From positions 7,703 through 71,702 of the forward strand of contig CAZRFD010000021.1 of assembly GCA_964599085.1 (NCBI GenBank): a DNA stretch of 64,000 nt, written 5' to 3'. Source of the stretch: an uncultured Enterobacterales bacterium (GTDB lineage Bacteria; Myxococcota_A; UBA796; UBA2385). The notes beneath the pieces were generated by a model. The model was not told where the DNA came from, made no database searches, and saw only the letters and a program-made list of their open reading frames with translations. Shown here piece after piece: positions 27,464-37,582 of this stretch. The number at the start of each line of letters is the position of its first letter. Position 1 is the first letter of the stretch. A program made the translations under genes and the position numbers.

Positions 27464-28633
27464 TCAGCGCTTGTTGCCGCCGAGCGGGCCCTGCAGGCCC
27501 AGGACGAGGCCACCGCCCGGCAGCGGCTGGACGGCCAGCTCTCCGCCGAGACCGCGCAGTCCGAAGGCCTTGTTCATGGCGACGGTCAGGACGTAGAAGC
27601 TGCCCGCGCCGGTCGCGATGAGCTGTTCGCGGGAGAAGCTGGCCTTGCCCGCCACGTAGACCATGGCCGCTGTCCCCGGGACCACGACACCCATCGACCC
27701 GGCGAAGCCGCCCCAGTCGCCCCGGGCGAGGCTGGGCGTGCCGGGCAGCGGGACCCAGGACAGGGCGCGCAAGGTCGACCGCGAGGGGCCGCCCATCGGT
27801 GCGCCGGCCGGCTTGTCCAGGTCGGTGAGGTCTTGCACAGGTGCCGGGTCGGGGGGGGCGGGTTCGGACGAGGAAGCGTCCGCCGTGGGCAGCGCCCCCG
27901 GCGCCTGTTCGGGCTCGGCGTCAGGAAGGGCGCCGGGTGTGGTGGGCGGCTGCGCTGCGTCCGGGAGCGCGCCGGGGCCGAGGCCGTCGGCAGCCGTCAG
28001 CCCCGCGGGACGCGGATCGAGGTGCAGGGCGGTCTCGATGGCCTGCCGCATCACCCCGGCGTAGGAGCCGGCACCCGAGGGCCGATCGAAGGCGACCTCG
28101 CGCCAGGCCCGCGGCGCGGTGGCGTAGGTCGCGGTCACCACGATCTCGGGAGCGTCCGCCGGCCCCTGGACGCGGGCGGCGACCAGCACGTCGGCACCCG
28201 ACTTGTCGAGGTAGCCCTGCACACAGCCGCTGTCGGTGCCGCAGTTCGCCAGGCGGCCCCGGTCGGTCACGCTGAGGGTGGTGACATCGGCAGGACGGAG
28301 GGGGGTGCTGGCGGGGATGCCCGCCGCCGCAGCGGTGAGCGTCTCCTGCAGCTCTGGCGCCCGCTGCAGATCCTGCGGCTTCGGGGGCACGACGATGAGC
28401 TGCCAGTCCTCCTGGCTGTCCCAGGTGCTGACGTCGACGTCTTCGAGGTTCACGACATCCTGGAAGGCGACCAGGGTGCGCCCCTGGTGGAGCACGAGGC
28501 GCAGACCGGTGTCGGTGGTGTCGGCGACCTCCGCGATGAGCACACGGCCGTCGTTGACGGTGATCCGCCGGTATTCGGCTGCGGTGGCGGGCAGGCTGAG
28601 CCCGAGCAGGGCGAGGATCAGCAGGCGGCGCAT
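27464..28633 (-). CDS. Secreted or outer-membrane hypothetical protein
   Basis: Signal peptide MRRLLILALLGL; coupled to the upstream gene. Confidence 0.7.
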   Translation of the reverse strand: MRRLLILALLGLSLPATAAEYRRITVNDGRVLIAEVADTTDTGLRLVLHQGRTLVAFQDVVNLEDVDVSTWDSQEDWQLIVVPPKPQDLQRAPELQETLTAAAAGIPASTPLRPADVTTLSVTDRGRLANCGTDSGCVQGYLDKSGADVLVAARVQGPADAPEIVVTATYATAPRAWREVAFDRPSGAGSYAGVMRQAIETALHLDPRPAGLTAADGLGPGALPDAAQPPTTPGALPDAEPEQAPGALPTADASSSEPAPPDPAPVQDLTDLDKPAGAPMGGPSRSTLRALSWVPLPGTPSLARGDWGGFAGSMGVVVPGTAAMVYVAGKASFSREQLIATGAGSFYVLTVAMNKAFGLRGLGGELAVQPLPGGGLVLGLQGPLGGNKR

Positions 28634-29307
28634 CAGCTTGCTCCCGGGAGGGAGGGGCACACGCCCGCGCTGGTCAGCGACAGCCCGATGCGCCAGGTGG
28701 CGACCATGGTGAGGTCCTGGGGCCAGTAGGGGGCCAGGGACACGCCGATCTGGTCGCCCTGGTGGACCGGGACCGCCCACTGCGCCGTCGGTCCGGCGGC
28801 CGCGTAGCCGTAGACGGCGCCGGCGTCGTCGACCAGCGCTTCGGTCGGCTCGCCACAGTCGTCCAGCAGGAAGGGCATCAGGTCGACGCGGACGCCGTCG
28901 CCCTGGATCTCGATGGTCGCGCAGAGGTAGCCGTCGGCGTCGACCGTGGCGCCCACCCAGTCCACGTCGCCCTCGTAGCTGCCGTCGTCACCGACGGGGA
29001 AGGCGAGATCCCCACATGAGCCGGCACGGTCCGGGGCCGTGTCCGTCCAGCCGATGCCCTGCCAGTCACCCTCGAAGATGGCGCCTGTCGACAGCGAGAG
29101 CATCGCGCTGTCGTCGATGGGCAGGCCGTTGGCGCTGCCGTTCTCGGTCGCGGTGGCCGGGTCAGTCCACGTCACCTGCACCGCGTCTCCGGGGTCGGTG
29201 CCGGCCGGGAGCGCCCCGGTGTCGGGTGCCGTGGGCAGGTGGGCATAGCGGGGCCAGCCGTCGCAGGCGGCAAGGCTCAGGGACAACAGCAGCAGTGCTC
29301 GGGTCAC
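28633..29307 (-). CDS. Lipoprotein
   Basis: Lipobox LAAC; acidic beta-rich body. Confidence 0.72.
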   Translation of the reverse strand: MTRALLLLSLSLAACDGWPRYAHLPTAPDTGALPAGTDPGDAVQVTWTDPATATENGSANGLPIDDSAMLSLSTGAIFEGDWQGIGWTDTAPDRAGSCGDLAFPVGDDGSYEGDVDWVGATVDADGYLCATIEIQGDGVRVDLMPFLLDDCGEPTEALVDDAGAVYGYAAAGPTAQWAVPVHQGDQIGVSLAPYWPQDLTMVATWRIGLSLTSAGVCPSLPGAS

Positions 29308-29378
29308 GGCGAGGTTGTACCGTGCGGCGTGGCCGCCGGCCAAGTACGCTTCGTCACCTTCAGCCACACTCTGCCCCG

Positions 29379-30590
29379 ATGAGCCCCACTGCAGGAGCGC
29401 AAGCGGTGCGAATCTCACTGGACCTCGACTCGACGACACCCGCGGTGGTGGGGGCGCGCGCTGGCGTCCCTCCGCACCGCCTGCAGGCGCTGACCGGGGC
29501 GCTGGCCGACCTGCTCGCCCGGCTCTCGGACGCAGAAGGAAGCGGCCTGTTGCCCCACCTGACGCTGGCGCGCCAGCCGGGCGGCATGGCGCGGTGGGTC
29601 GCCCACGGCGCGGCCTGGAGCGCCCCCGGCCGCAAGCGCAATGATCGCCTCGTCCTCGTCGGCGAGCCGGGAGCGGTCGACGCGGCCCGCCTGCTGGCGC
29701 CGCCGGGGACCGGACGGGCGCTCGCCGTGGTCGATCGACCGGATCCCCGCCAGGTGGCCGCGGCCTTCGACGGTGCGAAGCGTCCCCGGGTGATCGCCCT
29801 GCTGGGGCCGCGCTGGATCGGAGAGCTGACCGGGCTGCTCGCCGAGCGGGCGGCCGCTGTCACGGTCTTCGACGGTGAAGCAGAGGGTGCCGTGCTGCCC
29901 GACGCCGAGCAGGTGACGGTCGCGGGGGCGGCCGACCCACGCTTCGGCTTCCTCTCGCCGGCGTCGCTGTCTGTCGCCGGTTTCGGCGGCGTGTCCCCGG
30001 ACGCGCTGGTCGCGGCGGCGGGCGCCGGGCTGGCGGCCTGTACGGACCCGGCGGTGCGCCACAACCCGGCCGCCCGCCTCGGCGCCCTGGCGGCCCACCT
30101 CGCCGTCATCGAGGGGCTGCCGGTTCCGCTGCTGCTCAGCCCCGACGCTTCTCTCGATCGCTTCGCGGCCTGGGCCTCTGGCGCCTGGGCGGCCATCACC
30201 TGCCGCCTCGTGCCCGTCCCGAGCGGGCAGGCGCCTCGGGGAGCCGCGCCCCTGGTGGCGCGCCTGGGCGATGAAGCCATGATCCAGCGCTCGCTCGCAG
30301 GCTCTCGGGATCTCTGGGCGGTGTCGCTCCGCGCCTCGGGCGACGACGGACATGGCCCCGTCGCCGCGCTCCGCGGCCGGCTGGCGGACGCACAGCGCCG
30401 CCAGCTCGTCGAGGATGGCCGCCCCGTCGCACGCCTGTCGGTGAGCGGCGGAGGCCCTCCGGCGCGCCTCGCCCTCGCGCTGGTCTGGGTGCAGGCCGCG
30501 CTCATCGCCGCGGCGCTGGACCCGGTGGACCCACTGTCCATGGACGCCGCCGACGACTGGCGCGATCGCATCGCCAGCGCCCCCTCCTGA
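29379..30590 (+). CDS. Degenerate glucose-6-phosphate isomerase-like (SIS-fold) protein
   Basis: PRFGFLSPASL, NPAARL and C-terminal VDPLSMDAAD parallel PGI motifs, but catalytic residues are not evident. Confidence 0.55.
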   Translation: MSPTAGAQAVRISLDLDSTTPAVVGARAGVPPHRLQALTGALADLLARLSDAEGSGLLPHLTLARQPGGMARWVAHGAAWSAPGRKRNDRLVLVGEPGAVDAARLLAPPGTGRALAVVDRPDPRQVAAAFDGAKRPRVIALLGPRWIGELTGLLAERAAAVTVFDGEAEGAVLPDAEQVTVAGAADPRFGFLSPASLSVAGFGGVSPDALVAAAGAGLAACTDPAVRHNPAARLGALAAHLAVIEGLPVPLLLSPDASLDRFAAWASGAWAAITCRLVPVPSGQAPRGAAPLVARLGDEAMIQRSLAGSRDLWAVSLRASGDDGHGPVAALRGRLADAQRRQLVEDGRPVARLSVSGGGPPARLALALVWVQAALIAAALDPVDPLSMDAADDWRDRIASAPS

Positions 30591-30692
30591 GCCGCCGGCC
30601 GGCCCCCCGGCCATCTCCCCCTCTGCGTGCCGCAGCGCGCCGGGATATGCGCGCCATCGCGCCCGCGCTGCCGCGGGCAGGCCCCTCGGAGG

Positions 30693-31448
30693 ATGCCCGT
30701 GGCCACGCCCCCCACCAACGACGACGCCCGGAAGGGCACGGACGCGCCGCCCGAGCTGCCGGCCTTCCCGGGCCAGGAAGAAGACTTCCTGTTCAAGGCG
30801 CAGATGGGCGTCGCCCAGGCCTTCTATGGCTACTGGAAGCACGCGCTCGGCGTGGTCCTCCTGGCCCTGCTCGGCGTCTTCCTGTACGGCTCCTGGCAGA
30901 ACCACGTCCGCGACAGCAAGCGCACCGTCTATGCCCAGACCGCCAAGGTGAGCAGCACCCTGCAGAAGGGGCTGGAGAAGCACGCCGATGATCCCGAGAT
31001 GGTGAAGGCCCAGGCCGCCGAGGGTGGCAAGCGCCTCGCGGCGGTCGCGGCGGCGTCGTCGGGGCCCGCGGCGGCCTACACCTGGATCAAGGCCGCCCAG
31101 GCCTTCAGCATCGCCGAAGACGCCGACCAGGAACTGGCTGCCTGGGAAGCCGCCAACGCCATCGGGGCCACTGGCGAGCTCGGCTGGTCGGCGGTGCTGG
31201 GGCTGGCCACAGCCCTGGCCGACAAGGGCGAGGTAGATCGCGCGGTGACCCTGCTCAAGGGCTGGGCGGGAGACGCCACGACCTATGAAGCGCAGCGCTG
31301 CCTGTTCGAGGTCGGGCGCATCTACGAGCTGGCCGGTCGCGGCGATGAAGCCGTCGCCGCGCTGGAAGCCTTCGGCCAGCGCTTCCCGGACTCGCCCATG
31401 GCCGCCGACGTGGCCGCGTCCCTGAACCGCATGCGGAGCAACGGGTGA
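30693..31448 (+). CDS. YfgM-like TPR membrane protein
   Basis: N-terminal TM followed by TPRs; directly upstream of a BamB-like gene. Confidence 0.7.
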   Translation: MPVATPPTNDDARKGTDAPPELPAFPGQEEDFLFKAQMGVAQAFYGYWKHALGVVLLALLGVFLYGSWQNHVRDSKRTVYAQTAKVSSTLQKGLEKHADDPEMVKAQAAEGGKRLAAVAAASSGPAAAYTWIKAAQAFSIAEDADQELAAWEAANAIGATGELGWSAVLGLATALADKGEVDRAVTLLKGWAGDATTYEAQRCLFEVGRIYELAGRGDEAVAALEAFGQRFPDSPMAADVAASLNRMRSNG

Positions 31449-32701
31449 GCGCGTCCGCCTTCGCCGCCATCCTGGGCCTGACGGCCGCCGCGGACCCGCA
31501 GCCCGACGCCGCGGGCAGCTACGCCGGGGCCTTCGACGGCGCACCGGTCCTGACCTGGTCGGCGCCGCTGCCGGGGCCCAAGGTGGCCGCCGCCACCCAC
31601 ACCGAGCTCGGCGCCCCCGTGCTCCACGACCGCCGCATCTTCGTGGGATCGGCGGCCGACGACGCCCTGCTGGTGCTTTCTCGGGACGACGGCCGGCTGC
31701 TCGCCCGCCTGCCGGCGCGGGGGCCGGTCCAGGCTCCGCCCGTGATCGTGGGCGAACGCATCTGGTTCTCCGACACGGCCGGGGACACCTCCTGCTACAG
31801 CCTCGACGACTACCGGCAGGTGTGGCAGCACGAGGGCACCAGCCCCGTCCTCTCACAGCCCCTGGTCGATGCCGGCCGGGTCTATGTCTCCAACATCGAC
31901 GACGTCGTCGTCGCGCTCGACGCCGCCACCGGCGAATTCCGCTGGCGCCACGCACAGAAGGTCGACCGGGTCGACTCGGGCCCCTCGCTCTACGGGGCGC
32001 CCGCCCCCACGATGCTCCACGGCGACGCTCCGCTGCTGATCACCGGCTACTCCGACGGCACCCTGGTCGCGCTCACCCCGGACACGGGGGAGATCTCCTG
32101 GCAGCGACGGGTGGGCGAGGGCGCCTGGCCCGACCTCATCGGCGCGGCGGTCGACGACGGTACCTCGCTGCTCGCCGGCGGCTTCAGCGGTCCGCTGCTG
32201 GCGCTGGAACCTCGCACCCGCACCGTGCGCTGGCGGGTCGAGACGGGGAGCGCCACCGCCCCCACGCTGGGGCCGGCCGATCCCGCCTCAGGCCTGCCGC
32301 AGGTCTTCCACGGCGGCGTGGACGGCGTGCTGCGGGCCATCGACGCTCGCACCGGGGCCGTGCGTTGGGAGTGGGACAGCGCCACCCAGGGTGCGCTCAC
32401 CCCACCGGTCTACACCGACGCGGGCCTGCTGATCGGCTCGTCCTCCGGCGCGCTCTACCTCGTCGACCCGGCCACCGGCCACGAGACCTGGGAGCTGGAC
32501 ACTGGCTACCTGCTCGCCGGCATCAGCGCAGCCCCCGTCGTCGACGGCCGCCAGGCGATCGTGCTCACCAACGCCGGAAACGTCCTGAGCCTCGTCGTGC
32601 CCACCGCCCCCGGGGCCGGTGATCGCGGCGACGGTGACTTCATCCGGGTGGGCGGTCCCGATCGCCCCGACCCCTCCGCCGGAGCTCCCGATGGCGGCTG
32701 A
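31445..32701 (+). CDS. bamB: BamB-like PQQ-type beta-propeller protein
   Basis: Repeated ALDAxTGxxxW blades; yfgM-bamB gene order. Confidence 0.75.
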   Translation: MSASAFAAILGLTAAADPQPDAAGSYAGAFDGAPVLTWSAPLPGPKVAAATHTELGAPVLHDRRIFVGSAADDALLVLSRDDGRLLARLPARGPVQAPPVIVGERIWFSDTAGDTSCYSLDDYRQVWQHEGTSPVLSQPLVDAGRVYVSNIDDVVVALDAATGEFRWRHAQKVDRVDSGPSLYGAPAPTMLHGDAPLLITGYSDGTLVALTPDTGEISWQRRVGEGAWPDLIGAAVDDGTSLLAGGFSGPLLALEPRTRTVRWRVETGSATAPTLGPADPASGLPQVFHGGVDGVLRAIDARTGAVRWEWDSATQGALTPPVYTDAGLLIGSSSGALYLVDPATGHETWELDTGYLLAGISAAPVVDGRQAIVLTNAGNVLSLVVPTAPGAGDRGDGDFIRVGGPDRPDPSAGAPDGG

Positions 32702-33233
32702 TCCGCGCGATCGCCCCGCTCCGGAGCAGCCCGCGCCGGCTGACAGCGCTACGGGCGACTCCCGCGGCGATCCGGCGGTGGCCGAGGGCAGCCAGGAGGA
32801 CCCTCGGGGCCCGTCCCGCCCGGAACACCGCACAGACCACCGCAGCGAGCCCCGTCGCCCCAGCCTGCGGGGTATCGCCAGGCGCCTGCTCTTCGACGCC
32901 GGCGACGACGACGCGCCGGACGCTCCCCGGCACGGGGACATCGACGACGACGAGCAGCGCCGTCGACTGGAAGCCCGCGCCATCCTCGGCGCGCTCCTGG
33001 AGACGGGGGACAAGGCCAAGACCGAGACCGTCCGCCTCGTCGCCCGAGAGGTGCGGGGCTACCTCGAAGCCCTCGAGCTCGGGCGGGACCTCGAACACCT
33101 GCTGACCAACTACTCGCTCGAGGTCAAGGCCAGCGTGCACCTCGCCCCGCTCGACGACGCCGCCCGCAGCGACGGGCCCAAGGCGACGGCTGGGCTGAAG
33201 AAGCGGGTGGACCAGCCGACCGACGACGACTGA
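32691..33233 (+). CDS. Conserved hypothetical protein
   Basis: Coding-like ORF overlapping the previous stop; helical core DKAKTETVRLVAREVRGYL. Confidence 0.7.
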   Translation: MAADPRDRPAPEQPAPADSATGDSRGDPAVAEGSQEDPRGPSRPEHRTDHRSEPRRPSLRGIARRLLFDAGDDDAPDAPRHGDIDDDEQRRRLEARAILGALLETGDKAKTETVRLVAREVRGYLEALELGRDLEHLLTNYSLEVKASVHLAPLDDAARSDGPKATAGLKKRVDQPTDDD

Positions 33234-33254
33234 AGCGCCCGGCGGGGGGCGGTC

Positions 33255-34184
33255 TCAGAAGCGCTGCCCCCAGCGCGACGGGTCGAGGTCGGCGGGCAGC
33301 GGCCCGATGCGGTGCGACAGCGTGCCGATGCCGTCGATGCGGATCGCGACGTCGGAGTCGGGCGCCAGCCAGGTGTCGTGGTCGAGGCCGGTGCAGTCCG
33401 GCACGGTCCCCATGCCGATGACCGTCCCGGGCGGGAGCGGAAAGCTGCGCCGCAGGTCGGCGACGACGGCCTGGGGGGTGGCCGCGTACTCGTCGGTGCG
33501 GCCCTGCCAGTGGTGGTCGCCCACCCATGCGTCGACCGCCAGCGCGCGGGGATCCGGCAGCGCGTCGGCGGTGACCAGCCAGGGGCCGAGCACGTTGCTG
33601 CCGGCGAAGTCCTTGCTGCGGGTGGGGCCCGTGCCGATCATCTCGGGGAGCTGCACGTCGCGGGCGGACACATCGTCGAGGATGGTGTAGCCGGCGATGG
33701 GGTCGGGGCCGGCGCCGATGACGATGGCCAGCTCGGGTTCGATGTCGAGGTACTGGCTGTGCCGCGGCCAGGGGGTCTCGCTGCCGGGGCCGACGACCGT
33801 GTGGCCCAGCCCCTTGTAGTACCGGAAGGGCGGGCCGACCGACCGCGTGCCGCGGGCGACCACGGCGGTGAGCAGCCACGGAAGTGGAGGGGGTAGGGCG
33901 TGGCGGAACAGCGTGCGCGCCGACTGGACGAGGTGGCGCGGCGTCAGCCCCATGTCGATGAGCAGGGGTGGGCGCGGCACGGGCGACAGCAAGCGGACCG
34001 AAGACAGCGCGCGCCGCGGGGCTGTCGCCATCGCGATGTCCACCTCGCGTCGTGTCGCCGGGAGGCCCTCCAGGAAGGCGCCCATCGTGGGCACCGCGGT
34101 CTCCGACAGGTCGATCAGCGCGTCGCCCTCGACCACGCCGAGCGCATCGCTGTCGTCATCGGCGCGGAAGCTGGCGAGCTTCAT
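33255..34184 (-). CDS. Fumarylacetoacetate hydrolase family protein
   Basis: LDIEPELAIVIG, GYTILDDVSARD, SKDF and LGPWLVT. Confidence 0.88.
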   Translation of the reverse strand: MKLASFRADDDSDALGVVEGDALIDLSETAVPTMGAFLEGLPATRREVDIAMATAPRRALSSVRLLSPVPRPPLLIDMGLTPRHLVQSARTLFRHALPPPLPWLLTAVVARGTRSVGPPFRYYKGLGHTVVGPGSETPWPRHSQYLDIEPELAIVIGAGPDPIAGYTILDDVSARDVQLPEMIGTGPTRSKDFAGSNVLGPWLVTADALPDPRALAVDAWVGDHHWQGRTDEYAATPQAVVADLRRSFPLPPGTVIGMGTVPDCTGLDHDTWLAPDSDVAIRIDGIGTLSHRIGPLPADLDPSRWGQRF

Positions 34185-35161
34185 GGCTGCCCCGCGCCGT
34201 CGGGCGCGTCTTCCGCCGCCCGTCCCGCTTCCGCGGGCGCGTCTTCCTCGACCACCTGGTGCTTGTGCAGGCGGACGAGGATCCCCTCCTCCCGCAGCAG
34301 GCGCCGAAGCTCCCACTTGTCGATCTCCTCCAGGTTGTCGAGGATGCCCTCGATCCGGTCGCCGTTGGCATCCAGGCGGTCGATGATCCCCTGGCTGCCC
34401 TGGACGGCCCGGCGGGCGTCGCCGATGAGTCCGTCGAGCTGGGCGCGAGACGCGGCGAGGTCACCGCTGGCGGCCTCCAGCTCTTCGACGACTGCGTCGG
34501 CCCGGGCGATCACCGGCCGGGCCTCGCTGGCCGCGGCGCGGACCTGTGAGAGCGTGGCCCGGGTGTCGTCGACGATTCCGGGCAGGTCGTCGCTGGCGAC
34601 TGCGGTGTTGTGGAGCAGGCGCTCCAGGTCGCCGACCATGCGCTCGACCCGATCCGGGTCGGAGCTGAGCGCGTCGTCGAGGGCGGCCACGGAGCGCGAC
34701 ACCGCGGCGGGATCCACCGCGTCGAGGATCGGCCCGAGCCGGTTGACGAGCTGGTCGATCTCCAGCGGCGGCGCGATCACGGCGAGGGTGTCGCCCTCTT
34801 CGAGGAGCGGAGCGGCCGCGCTGCCACCGACGATCTCGACGTACTTCTCGCCCAGCACGGACCGCGCCCGGACGGCGACGCGGGCGTCGCCGTGGATCCC
34901 GGCATCCTGGCGGATGGCCAGCGCCAGGACGGCCTTGCCGTCTTCCACGCGCAGGCTGTCGACCCGGCCGATCGCGACGCCCGCGACCTTGACCTCGGCC
35001 CCCTCGGTCAAGCCGGCGGCGTCGTCGAGGCGGGCCGTGGCATGTACGAAGCGCCCGAGCCCCTGCATGGCCCCGACCTGCAGGGCCATCCAGGCGAGCA
35101 GCCCGGCGGCGACGAGCACCAGGACCCCGACCCCGAGCTCGTGGCGGCGGTTGCGTGCCAT
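34181..35161 (-). CDS. mlaD: MlaD/MCE family protein
   Basis: N-terminal TM, AAGL..GAEVKVAGVAIGRV and LGEKYVEI. Confidence 0.9.
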   Translation of the reverse strand: MARNRRHELGVGVLVLVAAGLLAWMALQVGAMQGLGRFVHATARLDDAAGLTEGAEVKVAGVAIGRVDSLRVEDGKAVLALAIRQDAGIHGDARVAVRARSVLGEKYVEIVGGSAAAPLLEEGDTLAVIAPPLEIDQLVNRLGPILDAVDPAAVSRSVAALDDALSSDPDRVERMVGDLERLLHNTAVASDDLPGIVDDTRATLSQVRAAASEARPVIARADAVVEELEAASGDLAASRAQLDGLIGDARRAVQGSQGIIDRLDANGDRIEGILDNLEEIDKWELRRLLREEGILVRLHKHQVVEEDAPAEAGRAAEDAPDGAGQP

Positions 35162-35170
35162 CGGCCCGGG

Positions 35171-35968
35171 CTATCCGGGGCTCGGCAGCACAGCCACCTC
35201 GTCCGGCCCCGTGGGCAGGACGAGGTTGCGCTGCAGGAATTGGCGGACGATGGGGACGTCGGTGCGGAGGAAGCGCGCGGTGCGGTCCCACGCCACGAGG
35301 TGACCGTCGAAGAGCATGGCGATGTGGTCCGCGACCTTGACCGTGCCGACGATGTCGTGGCTGATGACCACGAAGGTCACGCCGAGCTGCCGCTTCATCT
35401 CGACGATCAGCTCGTCGATCTGGTCGCTGGTCATCGGGTCCAGGCCGCTGTTGGGTTCGTCGAAGAGCACGACCTCGGGTTCCGTGATGATGGCCCGGGC
35501 CAGCCCCACGCGCTTGCGCTGGCCGCCCGAGAGGCTGCTGATCGACCGCCCCCAGGTCCCGGGAAGGCCGACGAGGGCGAGCTTGTCTTCGACGCGAGCT
35601 CGGATCTCGGCCGGCGGCAGGCGGGTGTGCTGCACGAGCGGGAAGCCGATGTTCTCTCCCACCGTCATGCTGTCGAACAGCGCGCCGTCCTGGAACAGCA
35701 TCCCGAAGCGGCGGCGCACCGCGTACAGCTCGCGTTCGGTGGCGGCACCCATGTCGGTGCCGAAGCAGAGCACGCGGCCGGCGTCGGGGTGGAGCAGGCC
35801 GACAATGAGCTTGAGCAGCACGCTCTTGCCGGTGCCGGACGGGCCGATGATCGCCGTCGTCTCGCCGGTCGGGATGTCCATGCTGATGCCGTCGAGGACG
35901 ACGTGGTCGCCGAAGGCCTTGCGGACGGCCTCGATCCGGATGGCGGGGCCCTGCTCGGCGCTGCTCAC
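35171..35968 (-). CDS. mlaF: MlaF ABC ATPase
   Basis: GPSGTGKS, FQDGALFDS, LSGGQRKRVGLARA and DEPNSGLDP. Confidence 0.92.
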   Translation of the reverse strand: MSSAEQGPAIRIEAVRKAFGDHVVLDGISMDIPTGETTAIIGPSGTGKSVLLKLIVGLLHPDAGRVLCFGTDMGAATERELYAVRRRFGMLFQDGALFDSMTVGENIGFPLVQHTRLPPAEIRARVEDKLALVGLPGTWGRSISSLSGGQRKRVGLARAIITEPEVVLFDEPNSGLDPMTSDQIDELIVEMKRQLGVTFVVISHDIVGTVKVADHIAMLFDGHLVAWDRTARFLRTDVPIVRQFLQRNLVLPTGPDEVAVLPSPG

Positions 35969-36717
35969 AGGGAGATCCCCCCGTAGAGCAGCTCGCTCAT
36001 GAAGTAGTTGCAGATGACGCAGACGACGGCGCTCACGACCACGGCGCGGTTGGTCGCCTGGCCGACACCCTCGGGGCCCGACGTGCAGGAGAACCCGAAG
36101 TAGCAGCTCACGACACAGATCACGGCGCCGAAGAAGACCGCCTTGAGCATGCCGTAGACGAAGTCCATGGGGGCGATGCCGGTGGCGGCGAAGCGCAGGA
36201 AGACCTCGCCGTTGAGATCGAGCTGGTGCACGGCGACGAGGTAGCCTGACGCGACCATCAGGAAGATGCTGAGGATGGTCAGCGCGGGCAGGACGAGCAC
36301 GATGCCCAGCAGGCGGGGGGTGACGAGGTGGGCGTAGGGGTTGACCGCCATGACCTCGAGCGCGTCGATCTGCTCGCGGATCCGCATGACGCCGATCTGG
36401 CTGGCCATCTCGGTGCCGGCCTTGGCGGCCACCATGGACGCCGCGATGATGGGCGCCAGCTCGCGGGCGCCGGCGAGGGCGACGAAGAGCCCGACCAGCC
36501 GCCCACCTCCCAGCGGCCGCATGGCGTTGTAGCCCTGCAGGGCGAGGTTGGTGCCGACAAAGCTGCTGATGATGACGAGGATGGGCAGGCTCTTGAGCCC
36601 GATGCGCCAGGCCTCCTCCATCATCTTGCCGCGCGGGGGACCGTAGCGGAGCGCGGCGCGCACGAAGTCGTGGACGAACCAGGCGAGATCCCCGGTGGTG
36701 GTGAGCAGGGCGATCAC
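35965..36717 (-). CDS. mlaE: MlaE permease
   Basis: RELAP, EQIDALEVMAVNP and GVGQAT. Confidence 0.9.
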   Translation of the reverse strand: MIALLTTTGDLAWFVHDFVRAALRYGPPRGKMMEEAWRIGLKSLPILVIISSFVGTNLALQGYNAMRPLGGGRLVGLFVALAGARELAPIIAASMVAAKAGTEMASQIGVMRIREQIDALEVMAVNPYAHLVTPRLLGIVLVLPALTILSIFLMVASGYLVAVHQLDLNGEVFLRFAATGIAPMDFVYGMLKAVFFGAVICVVSCYFGFSCTSGPEGVGQATNRAVVVSAVVCVICNYFMSELLYGGISL

Positions 36718-37517
36718 GTGCCGCCCCCGCCGGCCATGGCCGCCCCGAACAGCGCGGTGGTCAGGAAGTAATTGAGGATGATGAAGGCGACGACGCTGTG
36801 CACGACGGTGTTGTTGACCGCTCGCCCGACACCGGCGGCGCCGCCGCGGGCGTGGAAGCCGTGCCAGGTGGCCACCAGCCCGATGGTCAGCCCGAAGACC
36901 GTGGTCTTGACCAGCCCCCCCCAGACATCGGCCGGACCGCAGAGCGCCCACATCTCGGCGATGTAGGTGCCCGCGGGCTCGCCCTTGAGCATCACGGCGG
37001 TCACGTAGCCGCCGACGAGGCCGGCGGCGGAGCCGGCGATGTTGAGCAGGGGGCAGGCCAGGGTCAGCGCGAGCACCCGGGGGACGACGTGGTAGCGCAG
37101 GCTGTCGACCGCCATGACCTCGGTCGCGTCCAGCTCCTCCTTGATGCGCATCGCGCCGAGCTCGGCCGCGCAGCTCGACCCGCCCTGGGCGGCGACCAGC
37201 ACGCTGGCCAGCACCGGGGACAGCTCGCGCAGGACGGCGACGCTGACGAGGCCCGACAGCAGGCGCTGCGCCCCGAACATGTCGAAGATCTCGAGGCCCT
37301 GGAGGCTCATCACCATGCCGAAGGGCGCCGTCACCGCGACGACGGGCAGCAGGCAGCGCAGCGTGGTCGTCCAGCAGTGGCTCAGCGTGGACGAGATGAA
37401 GCGCGGTCCCGTCAGGGTCCGACGCAGCACCGCGGCGGCGAAGCCGGCGAAGCGCCCGGCGCGGGCGACCGGTCTCAACAGGGTGGCGACCCGGGGGCTG
37501 GAGGCGGGTGCGGACAT
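36714..37517 (-). CDS. mlaE: MlaE permease (second copy)
   Basis: RELSP, AELGAMRIKEELDA and GVGRAV. Confidence 0.9.
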   Translation of the reverse strand: MSAPASSPRVATLLRPVARAGRFAGFAAAVLRRTLTGPRFISSTLSHCWTTTLRCLLPVVAVTAPFGMVMSLQGLEIFDMFGAQRLLSGLVSVAVLRELSPVLASVLVAAQGGSSCAAELGAMRIKEELDATEVMAVDSLRYHVVPRVLALTLACPLLNIAGSAAGLVGGYVTAVMLKGEPAGTYIAEMWALCGPADVWGGLVKTTVFGLTIGLVATWHGFHARGGAAGVGRAVNNTVVHSVVAFIILNYFLTTALFGAAMAGGGGT

Positions 37518-37582
37518 CTGAGACGAGCTAACGTGGGGCCTGTCCTGCGGGTCGTCGGCGGAAGCCCTTCGCCCCCTCGGGG

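Noticed and set aside
16738-31955. Long alternative ORFs (16738-19455, 22387-25203, 29415-31955)
   Set aside because: They overlap recognisable genes on the opposite strand and translate to low-complexity Arg/Gly/Ala-rich sequence.
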